A stretch of 60,897 nt of DNA, the filler included. It is 6 parts of 6 records of this genome, joined end to end, with 100 filler letters (N's around TTAATTAATTAA, not from the genome) between each part and the next. Parts side by side here need not be neighbours in the genome. Positions count along the whole stretch, not along the records: positions 10,239 to 20,002 come from SRR2962707_3930; positions 20,103 to 28,920 come from SRR2962707_3931; 4 more parts are not named here. The stretch is one strand, 5' to 3'. Below the pieces are notes generated by a model that saw nothing but the letters and a program-made list of their open reading frames with translations, ran no database searches and was not told the origin of the DNA. Shown one piece after another: positions 18,708 through 28,016 of this stretch (the stretch's first letter is position 1; every line of letters begins with the position of its first letter). The position numbers were made by a program, and so were the translations under genes.

Positions 18708-19510
18708 TGACCAACGACTCCAGCAACAACAACGGCGAAACCGCCGCCATCTTCGACCTCGCGCGTAACCGCTCGCTCGACGAGCAGGTTGCGCATCCGG
18801 GCCGCGAAAAGCGCAAGGTGCTGAAACGGTTCTACAAGAAGGCGGAAGCGGCTCCGCATGAGAGCGGCTTTGCCATCCTGCTCGACGGGCGCGTGGTCAA
18901 GACGCCCGCGAAGCAGCCGCTCGCCGTGCCCGCGCCGAAGCTCGCGGAGGCGCTCGCTGCCGAATGGGACGCCCAGAAAGACGAGATCGACCCGCGCAAC
19001 ATGCGGCTCACAAAACTCGCCAACACCGCGATCGACCTCGTCGTGCCGCGCCGTGACCAGGTGATCGCCGAGATCGTCAATTTCGCGGGTACGGACCTTC
19101 TCTGCTACCGGGCGGATGCGCCCACCGCCCTTGTCGAGCGGCAGGCCGCGCTCTGGGACCCGCTGCTGGGCTGGGCGGCGGAGCAGGGCGTTTCCTTCAC
19201 CGTCACCGCCGGGCTCATGCATGTGCCGCAGCCGCAGGCCTCGCTCGACGCCTATGGCCGCGCTGTCGCCGCGCTCGATCCGTTTCGTATTGCCGGGCTC
19301 CACAATGCGGTGACGCTGACGGGTTCGGCCGTGCTCGGCCTCGCCGTCGCGCTCGGCCGTCTCACGCCCGAAGAGGCCTTCGACATCGCCCATCTTGATG
19401 AGCATTGGCAGATGGAGATCTCGGGCCGCGACGAGGAAGAGGAGGCCCGTCTCGCCGGGCGCCGCTCGGAACTCCTCGAAACCGGCCGTTTCATCGCTCT
19501 GCTAGGCTGA
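18707..19510 (+). CDS. ATP12-family F1-ATPase assembly chaperone
   Basis: KRFYK, LLDGRVVKTP, AAEWDAQ, TDLLCYRA, LDEHWQ. Confidence 0.92.
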   Translation: MTNDSSNNNGETAAIFDLARNRSLDEQVAHPGREKRKVLKRFYKKAEAAPHESGFAILLDGRVVKTPAKQPLAVPAPKLAEALAAEWDAQKDEIDPRNMRLTKLANTAIDLVVPRRDQVIAEIVNFAGTDLLCYRADAPTALVERQAALWDPLLGWAAEQGVSFTVTAGLMHVPQPQASLDAYGRAVAALDPFRIAGLHNAVTLTGSAVLGLAVALGRLTPEEAFDIAHLDEHWQMEISGRDEEEEARLAGRRSELLETGRFIALLG

Positions 19511-19765
19511 AAACGGCTCTCCAGGCCCGCCCTAACGCAGCGTAGCCGCAGCCCTCGGCCCCGGTTCCGCCCCGCCCATAGGAATGGCGGCCAAGCCATT
19601 GGCAAAAAGGAGATTTCGGTGCTATTCAGGTCGCCTCGCGCGACGCGATTGCGCCAGCGGGCCACTTCGTTTCAGCCCGCATTCCGGCGTTCAGAACACG
19701 CACACCTAAGGCCGTCCCCCGGACCATCGGGGAGGGCGGCTCGTCCGGTTATTTGAGGGGGCGGC

Positions 19766-20002
19766 ATGAAGGACATTCTTCGTCGGCTGGAAGAGCGGCG
19801 CGCGGAAGCGCGAGCCGGTGGCGGCCAGAGGCGCATCGACGCGCAGCACGCCAAGGGCAAGCTCACCGCGCGGGAGCGCATTGAGCTTCTGCTCGATGAG
19901 GGCTCCTTCGAGGAGTTCGACATGTTCGTCGAACATGACAGCCACGATTTCGGCATGGAGAAGCAGAAGATCCCCGGCGACGGCGTCGTCACCGGCTGGG
20001 GC
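19766..20002 (+). CDS. pccB: Acyl-CoA (propionyl-CoA) carboxylase beta subunit, 3'-truncated
   Basis: [32 protein letters not shown]. Confidence 0.9.
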
Positions 20003-20102
20003 NNNNNNNNNNNNNNNNNNNNNNNNNNNNNNNNNNNNNNNNNNNNTTAATTAATTAANNNNNNNNNNNNNNNNNNNNNNNNNNNNNNNNNNNNNNNNNN
20101 NN
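20003..20102. other. Artificial contig spacer
   Basis: N-run with TTAATTAATTAA. Confidence 0.99.
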
Positions 20103-20141
20103 GTCCCGTTCGCGCAGCGAATGGGAGGGTGAAGGGCGTCC

Positions 20142-20780
20142 CTAACGGACTTCGAAGCAGAACACCCGGCTCGGCAGATGATCGCCGAGCGGCGCCGAGT
20201 TATAGATGCCGGTTTCATCGACATATGACCACAGACCTGCATCTTCGAGCGCCTTGCGCTTCGGGTCGAACAGGCCGTCCAGATAAGTCCGGGCCACAGA
20301 AAAAGCGATTCGTGCACCGGGTTTGGTCACGCGGATCAGCTCGTCGAGGCCATCCAGCGGGGCATGCCCCTGGGTGAACACGCCGGAACTGACGACACCG
20401 TTGAAGGTGTTATCTTCGAAGTCCAGCGGCTCGCCGAGATACATGTGATGCAGGTTGCGATAGTGACCTTTCTGGCTGGCGATCTTCAGCATGCCGGGTG
20501 ACGCATCAAGGCCGATAATATTTTCATGGCCGAGCGCCTGCATGATTTCGCTCATGATCCCGGTGCCGCATCCGGCGTCGAGGATCGGCCCCGACCCTGC
20601 GGGGATGTGGCGGCTGGCCAATGACGTGACCATCGCCGGGTGCGTGTAGCCGATACTTTTCATGTGGTCTTCGTATTCTTCCGACCAGTCGTCATAGGCG
20701 TCGGCAAGTTCATCGGTGTTCTTGGCGGCGTAGGCCTTGTGAAGTTTAGCGGTCTCTTTTCCGGGTTTCTGTTCGGGCAT
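20142..20780 (-). CDS. Class I SAM-dependent methyltransferase
   Basis: YDDWSEEYE, ILDAGCGTG, GLDASPGML, GVFTQGHA. Confidence 0.9.
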   Translation of the reverse strand: MPEQKPGKETAKLHKAYAAKNTDELADAYDDWSEEYEDHMKSIGYTHPAMVTSLASRHIPAGSGPILDAGCGTGIMSEIMQALGHENIIGLDASPGMLKIASQKGHYRNLHHMYLGEPLDFEDNTFNGVVSSGVFTQGHAPLDGLDELIRVTKPGARIAFSVARTYLDGLFDPKRKALEDAGLWSYVDETGIYNSAPLGDHLPSRVFCFEVR

Positions 20781-20983
20781 GGGTCTCTCTTACTGTTGGT
20801 GTGAGACGCCAGCATAACATGCCGGCCCGATTTGTCCCGTCAGGGCGGTATCCCTCCTCACCCGGCTCGCCAACTTCTGCCCGAGGAGAGGGTGGGTAAA
20901 CAATGCGGGATACGTCCAAAGACCTTGCCATTCCGGGCGTAAGGCCAAATGTATAATCGGACAAAAACGTCAGGGAGGAAAAG

Positions 20984-21277
20984 ATGACGGCATACATGAT
21001 TGCCCAGGTCGATGTGACGGACCCGGATAAATTCGAGGATTACCGGGCGCTGGTTCCGGATACGCTGAAGAAATACGGCGGCAAGTATATTGTCCGCGGC
21101 GGCGAGATGGCTGTGCTGGAAGGCGACATGACGTATCCGCGCGTGGTCGTCATCGCATTCCCCGATCTCGATGCGATCAAGCGTTGGCATGCGTCCGAGG
21201 AATACGCCGGACCGCTGGCCATGCGTCAGGCGTCTTCCAACAGTGTGCTGATTGGTGTCGAGGGCTACGATGACTGA
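20984..21277 (+). CDS. DUF1330 domain protein
   Basis: MTAYMIAQVDV, YGGKYIVRGG...LEGD, WHASEEY. Confidence 0.88.
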   Translation: MTAYMIAQVDVTDPDKFEDYRALVPDTLKKYGGKYIVRGGEMAVLEGDMTYPRVVVIAFPDLDAIKRWHASEEYAGPLAMRQASSNSVLIGVEGYDD

Positions 21278-22049
21278 TATCGCAAAGCTCGGCCGTGAAA
21301 TCTGGCAGGCCCGAAACACCGGGTCGCTTTTGCCCCGCAGCGCCGTCGATGTAACCGCGGGACGCAATGTTTCCTATCAGGTTCAGGCCGCCGCCGCCGA
21401 CGCATCGGGATTGACCCGGGCCGGCTGGAAGGTCGCGGCAACCAGTGACGTCGCGCAGCAACTGATCGGTATGGACGGGCCGTCCATAGGACCGGTGTTC
21501 GCCGAGCACATCTTCGAGCCGGGTGCGGAACTGGTGGCGCGTCCCGAGCACGGGGCCGCTATCGAATGCGAGATCGCCTTCGAAATGGCCGAAGACCTGG
21601 ATGATACCCGGGTGACGCCGATCGACGATCTGGTGTCATCGATCAAGCGGGCGCTGATCGCTGTCGAAGTCGTCGGATGCCGCTTCGAGGGCGGTTTCAA
21701 GGAGGCAGGGATTTCCGTTTGCATCAGTGATTTTTCATTCAATGCAGCGCTGGTTTGCGGGCCTGAAATCGACGGCTGGCGGGACATGGATCTGGCCAGT
21801 GCATCGGCGTCGGTGGCGGTTAACGGCACACCGGGCAATGCGGGCACGGGGGCGGCGGTGCTCGGCAATCCGCTGCTGGCTTTGCAATGGGCGGCGAGCG
21901 AGGCGCAATCGATCGGCATGCCGTTTCGTAAAGGTGACATCATCACCACCGGCACCATGACCGGCGTGACCCCGGTCAAACCCGGCGACAGCGTGATCTG
22001 TGATTTCGGCCCGGCCGGCCAGATCCCGATGTCATTCAAAGCCGCCTGA
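21270..22049 (+). CDS. 2-keto-4-pentenoate hydratase-like (FAA hydrolase family)
   Basis: GWKVAATS, IECEIAF, AVEVV, LGNPL, GDIITTGT. Confidence 0.85.
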   Translation: MTDIAKLGREIWQARNTGSLLPRSAVDVTAGRNVSYQVQAAAADASGLTRAGWKVAATSDVAQQLIGMDGPSIGPVFAEHIFEPGAELVARPEHGAAIECEIAFEMAEDLDDTRVTPIDDLVSSIKRALIAVEVVGCRFEGGFKEAGISVCISDFSFNAALVCGPEIDGWRDMDLASASASVAVNGTPGNAGTGAAVLGNPLLALQWAASEAQSIGMPFRKGDIITTGTMTGVTPVKPGDSVICDFGPAGQIPMSFKAA

Positions 22050-22055
22050 ATTATC

Positions 22056-22079
22056 ACCCCTCTCCCCGGGGAGAGGGGT
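22056..22079. repeat. REP-like palindrome
   Basis: CCCCTCTCCCCGGGGAGAGGGG; related degenerate copies near 20103-20136 and 20853-20897. Confidence 0.5.
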
Positions 22080-22089
22080 TGCATAAGAC

Positions 22090-22122
22090 AAAAAAAGCCT
22101 CCCCCGCCGAAGCGGGGGAGGC
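22090..22122 (-). terminator. Rho-independent terminator for tupA
   Basis: GCCTCCCCCGC-CGAA-GCGGGGGAGGC with an A run on the left (U tract on minus). Confidence 0.88.
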
Positions 22123-22158
22123 AGTTTGATGAAGGGGGAAGCCCCTTCAAGGGATGGT

Positions 22159-22998
22159 TTACGATCCCGGCTGGGCGTTGGCGAAGAACGCCTGATTGCC
22201 GAGGATCTTGTATTCGTTGATCAGGCTCTGGCCTTCCTTGCCGATGGTCCAGTCGATGAAGGCCTGGCCGAGGTCGACTTTCACATGCGGGTGCTTCTTC
22301 GGATTGACGAGGATGATGCCGTACTGGTTGAACAGCACCGGGTCGCCTTCGAGGACGATTTCCAGATCACCCTTGTTCTTGAACTTGAGCCACGTGGCGC
22401 GGTCGGTCAGCGAGTAGGCGTTCATGCCCGACGCCACGTTCAGCGTCGCGCCCATGCCGGACCCGGTGGCGCTGTACCATTTGTTTTCAGCCCCGGTCGG
22501 ATCGACGCCGGCGCCTTTCCAGAGTTCCAGTTCCTTCTTGTTGGTGCCCGAGTTGTCGCCACGCGATGCGAAAGGTGCATGTGCGTCGGCGATTTTCTTG
22601 AGGCCTTCGGCAGCCGATTTGGTGCCCTTGACCCCGGCCGGATCGGATTTCGGTCCGACCATGACGAAGTCGTTGTACATGACGTCGGAACGCTTCACGC
22701 CGTAGCCTTCCTTGACGAATTTTTCTTCCGACGGCTTGTGGTGCACGAACAGCACGTCGGCGTCGCCGTTTTGTGCCAGCTTGATCGCCTTGCCGGTGCC
22801 GACGGCGACGACACGGACTTCGATGCCGGTCTTTTCAGTGAACTTCGGCAAAATGAAATCGAACAGGCCGGAGTTGGCGGTCGACGTCGTCGAGGCGACG
22901 GTGATGTACTTGTCGGCGGCGTGTGCGCCGGGCATTCCGGCAACGGCAAGCGTCAGCGCAATCAGCGCGGCGGTCGCAAAGGACTTCAGTCTCAACAT
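22159..22998 (-). CDS. tupA: Tungstate ABC transporter substrate-binding protein
   Basis: Signal peptide; ASTTSTANSGL, VAVGTGKA, FASRGDNSGT, GSGMGATL, TDRATW; ATG at 22998. Confidence 0.9.
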   Translation of the reverse strand: MLRLKSFATAALIALTLAVAGMPGAHAADKYITVASTTSTANSGLFDFILPKFTEKTGIEVRVVAVGTGKAIKLAQNGDADVLFVHHKPSEEKFVKEGYGVKRSDVMYNDFVMVGPKSDPAGVKGTKSAAEGLKKIADAHAPFASRGDNSGTNKKELELWKGAGVDPTGAENKWYSATGSGMGATLNVASGMNAYSLTDRATWLKFKNKGDLEIVLEGDPVLFNQYGIILVNPKKHPHVKVDLGQAFIDWTIGKEGQSLINEYKILGNQAFFANAQPGS

Positions 22999-23039
22999 GG
23001 TGGTTCTCCCTTGGTTGTGCATGGGGTTGATCTCGGCGC

Positions 23040-23816
23040 TTACCATCTGAGTTCCCCCTTGAGGAACGCAGCGGCCTCGCCGCTTTTCGGTGCGGTGAAG
23101 AAGACGTCTGCCGGGGTCTTTTCCAGCAGACGGCCCTGATAGATGAACAGCACGTCGTCGGCATGGCGTTTGGCCTGCGCGAGGTCGTGCGTGGTCATGA
23201 TGATGCGTGTGCTTTCAGCGTGCATGGTGTCGATGATGTTCTCCACCGCGTGGGTCGCGGCGGGATCAAGGCTGGCCGTCGGCTCATCCAGAAACAGCAC
23301 CTGCGGCCTGGTCGCCCAGGCGCGGGCCAGTGCCAGCTTCTGCTGTTCGCCGCCCGATAGATGCCGGGCCGGGCTTTTGGCAAAGCGGGCGAGGCCGGTG
23401 CGGCTCAGCACGTCATCGATGATCGCGGCGCGCCGGGTGCGCGGCATGCCGTGCTGTTTCAGTGCATAGTCGATGTTCTGGGCCACGGTCCGGCGCAGCA
23501 GTACCGGACGCTGGAAGACCATCGCCTGATGCCGGCCCGGATCGCGGCCTGCCGGTCCCTGCCAGCGAACCTGTCCGGCGGCGGGTGTTAAAAGCCCGTG
23601 GCAGAGCCTGAGCAGCAGCGACTTGCCGGCACCGTTGGGCCCCAGGATCGCAGTGCGCGGCCCGGCGTCGAGGCTGAACGTGATGCCGTCGATCAGCCGT
23701 TTTCCGCCGGCGTCGAAGCAGAGGTTCTCGACGCTCAGCGGCAGGATGCCCGGGGCGCCGGTCTGCGGCTCGACGGTCATGTCATCCTGCACGGCATGGG
23801 GGGATGTCTCGCTCAT
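23040..23816 (-). CDS. tupC: Tungstate ABC transporter ATP-binding protein
   Basis: GPNGAGKS, MVFQRP, LSGGEQQ, FLDEPT; between tupB and tupA. Confidence 0.88.
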   Translation of the reverse strand: MSETSPHAVQDDMTVEPQTGAPGILPLSVENLCFDAGGKRLIDGITFSLDAGPRTAILGPNGAGKSLLLRLCHGLLTPAAGQVRWQGPAGRDPGRHQAMVFQRPVLLRRTVAQNIDYALKQHGMPRTRRAAIIDDVLSRTGLARFAKSPARHLSGGEQQKLALARAWATRPQVLFLDEPTASLDPAATHAVENIIDTMHAESTRIIMTTHDLAQAKRHADDVLFIYQGRLLEKTPADVFFTAPKSGEAAAFLKGELRW

Positions 23817-24517
23817 GCCCAGGCAGCCTCGGCACGTTGCTTGACGGTGTAGGTGGCGGCGTTGATGGCCAGCGACAGCGAGATCAGGACGATGCCGAGA
23901 CCCAGCGCGAGGGCGAGATCGCCCTTCGAGACCTCAAGCGCGATCGCCGTCGTCATGGTGCGTGTCACGTGATCGATGTTGCCGCCGACGATCATCACCG
24001 CGCCGACTTCGGCAGAAGCCCGGCCGAACCCGGCAAGCACGGCGGTGACCAGTGTGAAGCGTGCATCGTACAGCAGCGCCGGAATTGCGCTGGCGGGCGT
24101 GGCGCCCAGCGAACGGAGCTGCTCGGAATATTCCACCCACAGATCGGCAACGACCTGACGGGTCAGCGCGGCGACGATCGGCGTCACCAGAATCGTCTGG
24201 GCGATGATCATCGCCATCGGCGTGAACAGCAGCCCGAGCACGCCCAGCGGTCCGGCGCGCGACAGCACCAGATAGACGACGAGACCGACGACAACCGGGG
24301 GCAGCCCCATCAGCGCATTCAGGAACACGACGATGCCACTGCGGCCGGGAAATTTGAACAGCGCCAGGGCGGCGCCGAGCGGCAGACCGATCAGTGCCGA
24401 CAGGGCCACTGCCGAGAGGCTGACCTGCATCGACAGGGTGACGATTTCCACCAGATTGGAATCGAACGTGATCAGCAATTGCAGTGCCGTCACGAAGGCT
24501 TGCGAAATGTCAGTCAT
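23813..24517 (-). CDS. tupB: Tungstate ABC transporter permease
   Basis: LMGLPPVVVGLVVY, SRAGPLG, GFGRASAEVGAVMIVGGNI, TRTMTTAIALE. Confidence 0.92.
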   Translation of the reverse strand: MTDISQAFVTALQLLITFDSNLVEIVTLSMQVSLSAVALSALIGLPLGAALALFKFPGRSGIVVFLNALMGLPPVVVGLVVYLVLSRAGPLGVLGLLFTPMAMIIAQTILVTPIVAALTRQVVADLWVEYSEQLRSLGATPASAIPALLYDARFTLVTAVLAGFGRASAEVGAVMIVGGNIDHVTRTMTTAIALEVSKGDLALALGLGIVLISLSLAINAATYTVKQRAEAAWA

Positions 24518-24593
24518 GTTCCCGGCCCGGTTCCGCTTAATGCGCCTTATTTGCGCTTAAATTCGTTAACGCGGGAGCCTAACTCGGGAAAAT

Positions 24594-24618
24594 ATGCATA
24601 TCAATGCATAAATATGCA
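24594..24618. promoter_or_regulatory. Three ATGCA direct repeats with 10-bp period between divergent tupB and fdhD
   Basis: ATGCA at 24594, 24604 and 24614. Confidence 0.5.
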
Positions 24619-24763
24619 GGATTGAAGGCCGTATTGCGGGGTTGGGGACAGGCCGAAATAATCACGCCTTGATCTCGCCCCCCTTGCCCAAGATGATCGC
24701 CTCACCAAATAAAAGGACGGACGGCACTTACTGACCGGTCCGCATTGTGGGAGGAAGATTTCT

Positions 24764-25666
24764 GTGACACGTCCAGGCGACGACGCTTCTTTCGTGGATG
24801 AATTTCTGATCCGGCCCGATCCGGCGGATCCGAAGCTGACCGAGCGGGTGTCCGGCATCGATCAGGACGGCCAGGCGGCGGAGACGTCGGTGACCGTGGA
24901 ACGCCCGCTGACGCTGTTCCTCAACGGCCGCGAGATCGTCACCATGATGACCATCTGCGATCACCCGGATTACCTGGCGGTCGGCTATCTGCTGAACCAG
25001 AACATGCTGCGCCCGGACGACGAGGTGACGGGGATCGACTATGACGAGGAAATCGAAACCGTCGTCGTGCGCACGTCACGCGAAACCGATTACGAAGAGA
25101 AACTGAAAAAGAAAACCCTGACTTCGGGCTGTGCCCAGGGCACCGTCTTCGGCGACGTCATGGAGAAATTTGAGACCGCCGAACTGAACCCCGACGCGCG
25201 CCTGAAAACGTCCTGGCTGTATGCGTTGACGAAGAAGATCAACACCACGCCGAGCCTGTATCTGGAGGCCGGTGCGATCCATGGCTGCGTGCTGTGTCAG
25301 GAAGACAAGCCCTTGATATATATGGAGGATGTCGGGCGTCACAATGCCGTCGACAAGATCGCCGGCTACATGTTCCTGAATGGGATCGGCGGTCGGGACA
25401 AGATTTTCTACACCACCGGCAGACTGACGTCCGAGATGGTCATCAAGACCGTGCAGATGGGGATACCGATCCTCTGTTCACGCTCGGGCTTTACCGCCTG
25501 GGGGGTTGAGCTGGCACGGCAGGTCGGCCTGACGCTGATCGGCCGGGCGCGCGGCAAACGCTTCATCGCACTTGCCGGTGAAGACCGGATCATCTTCGAT
25601 GTCGACGCGGCGGAGATCGCCGACGAGCCGAAGGGTATGAACCGCAAGGGGGCTGCCGCGGAATGA
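24764..25666 (+). CDS. fdhD: Formate dehydrogenase accessory sulfurtransferase FdhD
   Basis: ERPLTLFLN, TSGCAQGT, GAIHGC, EDVGRHNAVDK, TTGRLTSEMVIK; GTG start after GGAGG. Confidence 0.93.
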   Translation: MTRPGDDASFVDEFLIRPDPADPKLTERVSGIDQDGQAAETSVTVERPLTLFLNGREIVTMMTICDHPDYLAVGYLLNQNMLRPDDEVTGIDYDEEIETVVVRTSRETDYEEKLKKKTLTSGCAQGTVFGDVMEKFETAELNPDARLKTSWLYALTKKINTTPSLYLEAGAIHGCVLCQEDKPLIYMEDVGRHNAVDKIAGYMFLNGIGGRDKIFYTTGRLTSEMVIKTVQMGIPILCSRSGFTAWGVELARQVGLTLIGRARGKRFIALAGEDRIIFDVDAAEIADEPKGMNRKGAAAE

Positions 25667-26847
25667 GCGACATCTCTCCGAACGCACAGTCCGCCGACGC
25701 GAAACCGCTGGTGGGCGTGCTGCTGGCCGGTGGCCTGGCCCGGCGCATGGGCGGCGGCGACAAGCCGATGCGCGAACTGGGCGGCAAGCCGATCCTGGAG
25801 CGGGTCATCGATCGCGCCAAACCGCAGGTCCATCACCTGATCCTCAACGCCAACGGGGATCCGGCACGCTTCGAAAAGTACGGTCTGCCGGTCGTCGCCG
25901 ATGTCATCGACGGCCATCAGGGGCCGCTTGCCGGTATTCTGACGGCGCTCGAATGGGCGGCGGAAAACGTCCCGGAATGCGAACACGTGATCAGCTTCGC
26001 CACCGATGCGCCGTTCCTGCCGCTGGATCTGGTGGCCCGCCTGATGGGGCCTGTGATCGCCGGCGATGCGCCGCTGTCGTGTGCCATAACCGGGGACCGG
26101 ACGCATCCCGTATTCGGGGTCTGGCCAGTCGCGCTCAGGGGGGAATTGCGCAAGGCGATGATCGAAGAGGAAATGCGCAAGATCGACAAATGGACGGAAA
26201 GGATCGGTATCATCCATGTCCCGTTCGAGGTCGAGCCCGTGGACCCGTTCTTCAACGTCAACCGCCCGGAAAACCTGGAAGAAGCCGAGCAGCTTCTGGC
26301 ACTGGAGGCGGCGGCGGCGCCGGCCAAGCATGAAGCGGTTCCGCTGGGCGTGGTCATCGAACGCCGCGAGAGCGACAGCCGCTGGCAGGATTATGCGTAC
26401 CGCCCCGTCGCCGTGTTTCCGGGCGCGCCTGCGAAAGACCCGCATGATCCCTGGATCAAGCTCAGCGAAGGGGAGGGGTGGACACATTTCCATGCCGCAA
26501 CGGTGCCGCTAGAGCTTTTCCGGGGCGAAACCGAAGGCTACCGGGTCAACCTGTCGAACGGGGTGCCGCATGTCTATATCGTGCTCAGCCCCGGCGAGGA
26601 AGCGGACGATCCCGAAATGCTGGTTCACATGGTGACGGCCTGCCCCTATGAGGCGGAAAGCTATACCGAGGATACGGACCAGCTGGTCGAGGGGGTGATC
26701 ATGCCGCCGGAAATCGTGTCCTGGATCAAGACTTTCTGCGACACGCACCACAAGGACGTTCCCTTCAAGAAACGCAAACGCAAACCCTATGACCCGCGCA
26801 AGGGTGATTTCCAGCAGGGCCGCCGCGGTGGAGGTGGACATGGCTGA
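25663..26847 (+). CDS. mobA: Mo/W cofactor guanylyltransferase MobA fused to a C-terminal DUF3305 domain
   Basis: LLAGGLARRMGGGDK, GPLAGI, DAPF, FFNVNRPE; then LGVVIERR..SRW..RPVAV, LELFRGETEGYRVNL, VTACPYEAE, FKKRKR in the same frame. Confidence 0.88.
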   Translation: MSDISPNAQSADAKPLVGVLLAGGLARRMGGGDKPMRELGGKPILERVIDRAKPQVHHLILNANGDPARFEKYGLPVVADVIDGHQGPLAGILTALEWAAENVPECEHVISFATDAPFLPLDLVARLMGPVIAGDAPLSCAITGDRTHPVFGVWPVALRGELRKAMIEEEMRKIDKWTERIGIIHVPFEVEPVDPFFNVNRPENLEEAEQLLALEAAAAPAKHEAVPLGVVIERRESDSRWQDYAYRPVAVFPGAPAKDPHDPWIKLSEGEGWTHFHAATVPLELFRGETEGYRVNLSNGVPHVYIVLSPGEEADDPEMLVHMVTACPYEAESYTEDTDQLVEGVIMPPEIVSWIKTFCDTHHKDVPFKKRKRKPYDPRKGDFQQGRRGGGGHG

Positions 26848-27742
26848 AACCGAAAGCCGGTTAAGCCGCTGGTCGAGGCTGAAATCCAAGGGCGGTGCAG
26901 ATTCCCGTGAAGAAGCCCGCGTTGTCGAGGAGAAGGCCCGCGTCAAAACCGCCGAGGCGGAAGCAGATGACCCGTTCCGGACCCTGCCGGGGGGCGCGCG
27001 GGCACGGCATTTCGTGCCGGCCATGGCCCCGCTGGCACCGGCACCCGAAGATGATGACGACCATCTGACCCGGGGCGTCGGCTATGCGGATGACGCGAAT
27101 GACAGCGGGGACGCGGCAGCGCTTGAGGGTGATGGTGCCGAACCGCAGGGCACGGATGAACAATCATCTGCCGGTGGCGAAGACGGTCTGTACGACGACA
27201 TCGAAGAAGAGGAGATGACCGAGGAAGAGCAGGAACTCGTCTCGTCGCTGCCGCCTCTCGAATCCCTCGGCAAGGATTCGGATTTCACGCCGTTTCTCAG
27301 GGATGGGGTGCCGGAATTCATGAAGCGCCGGGCGCTTCGCGTACTGTGGCGGGTCAATCCGTTCTTCAATTTCCGCGATGGGCTGAACGATTACGACGAT
27401 GATTTCAACGTCATCCACAAGATCATCGACAGCAGTTTCGGCAGCTACAAGGTCGGCCGTGGTCACCTCAGCGAGGAAGAACTGCACGACATGATGCCGG
27501 AAGAAGCCCGCCGGGCGTTCGATCCAGATCCGGAAGAAGAAGCGGAAGATGCAGAAGCGGCAGATGCTGTAGATGCGGAGGACGAAGAGGAGCCAGGCGC
27601 CGATCCCGAAGAGGTTCAGGCGGCGTCCCAGGCCGCCGAGCAGACGGATGACGCGGAAAAGTCATCCGGTGAGGTCGCAGAAACGGTGCCTGAAGACGAT
27701 GAGGATGAGCTTGGTGACGGCGAAGACGACCCGCACCATTGA
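26840..27742 (+). CDS. DUF3306 domain protein, highly acidic
   Basis: LSRWSRLK, LPPLESL..DSDFTPFL..GVP, RRALRVLW, DGLNDYDDDF; ATG at 26840 after GGAGG. Confidence 0.88.
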   Translation: MAETESRLSRWSRLKSKGGADSREEARVVEEKARVKTAEAEADDPFRTLPGGARARHFVPAMAPLAPAPEDDDDHLTRGVGYADDANDSGDAAALEGDGAEPQGTDEQSSAGGEDGLYDDIEEEEMTEEEQELVSSLPPLESLGKDSDFTPFLRDGVPEFMKRRALRVLWRVNPFFNFRDGLNDYDDDFNVIHKIIDSSFGSYKVGRGHLSEEELHDMMPEEARRAFDPDPEEEAEDAEAADAVDAEDEEEPGADPEEVQAASQAAEQTDDAEKSSGEVAETVPEDDEDELGDGEDDPHH

Positions 27743-27855
27743 CGGCTGTTGCCGAAGAATACCCCTAGTGAAAATATGGCCATAAATAACTGAAAACAAT
27801 GCATTATTCTCGCAGGTGCACAATAGAATGGGCGGCTATTTTCAGGAGAATTAAT

Positions 27856-27885
27856 TTGACACAAACTGGTATGCCACCCGATAAT
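27856..27885 (+). promoter_or_regulatory. Candidate sigma70 promoter upstream of the TorD-family gene
   Basis: TTGACA-N18-GATAAT in an AT-rich gap. Confidence 0.5.
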
Positions 27886-28016
27886 ATTAACGTTCGGATG
27901 GAGGGATGAGAGGTGTCGAAATTTACGGTGCCAGCATGCCGTCAGAGCATAAAAAAATAACGTCAGATTTATTCTTTTAAGAATTTAACGACGATAAAGC
28001 GGGAAGCGCCAAGGGA

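Noticed and set aside
13351-19405. Antisense ORFs 13351-14853 (500 aa) and 17897-19405 (502 aa)
   Set aside because: Mirror frames of rarA and AsmA/ATP12, expected from high-GC codon bias.
20790-20910. SAM or SAH riboswitch upstream of the methyltransferase
   Set aside because: No SAM-II, SAH or SAM/SAH consensus recognised; the structured part looks like a degenerate CCCTCTCC...GGGTGAGG REP element.
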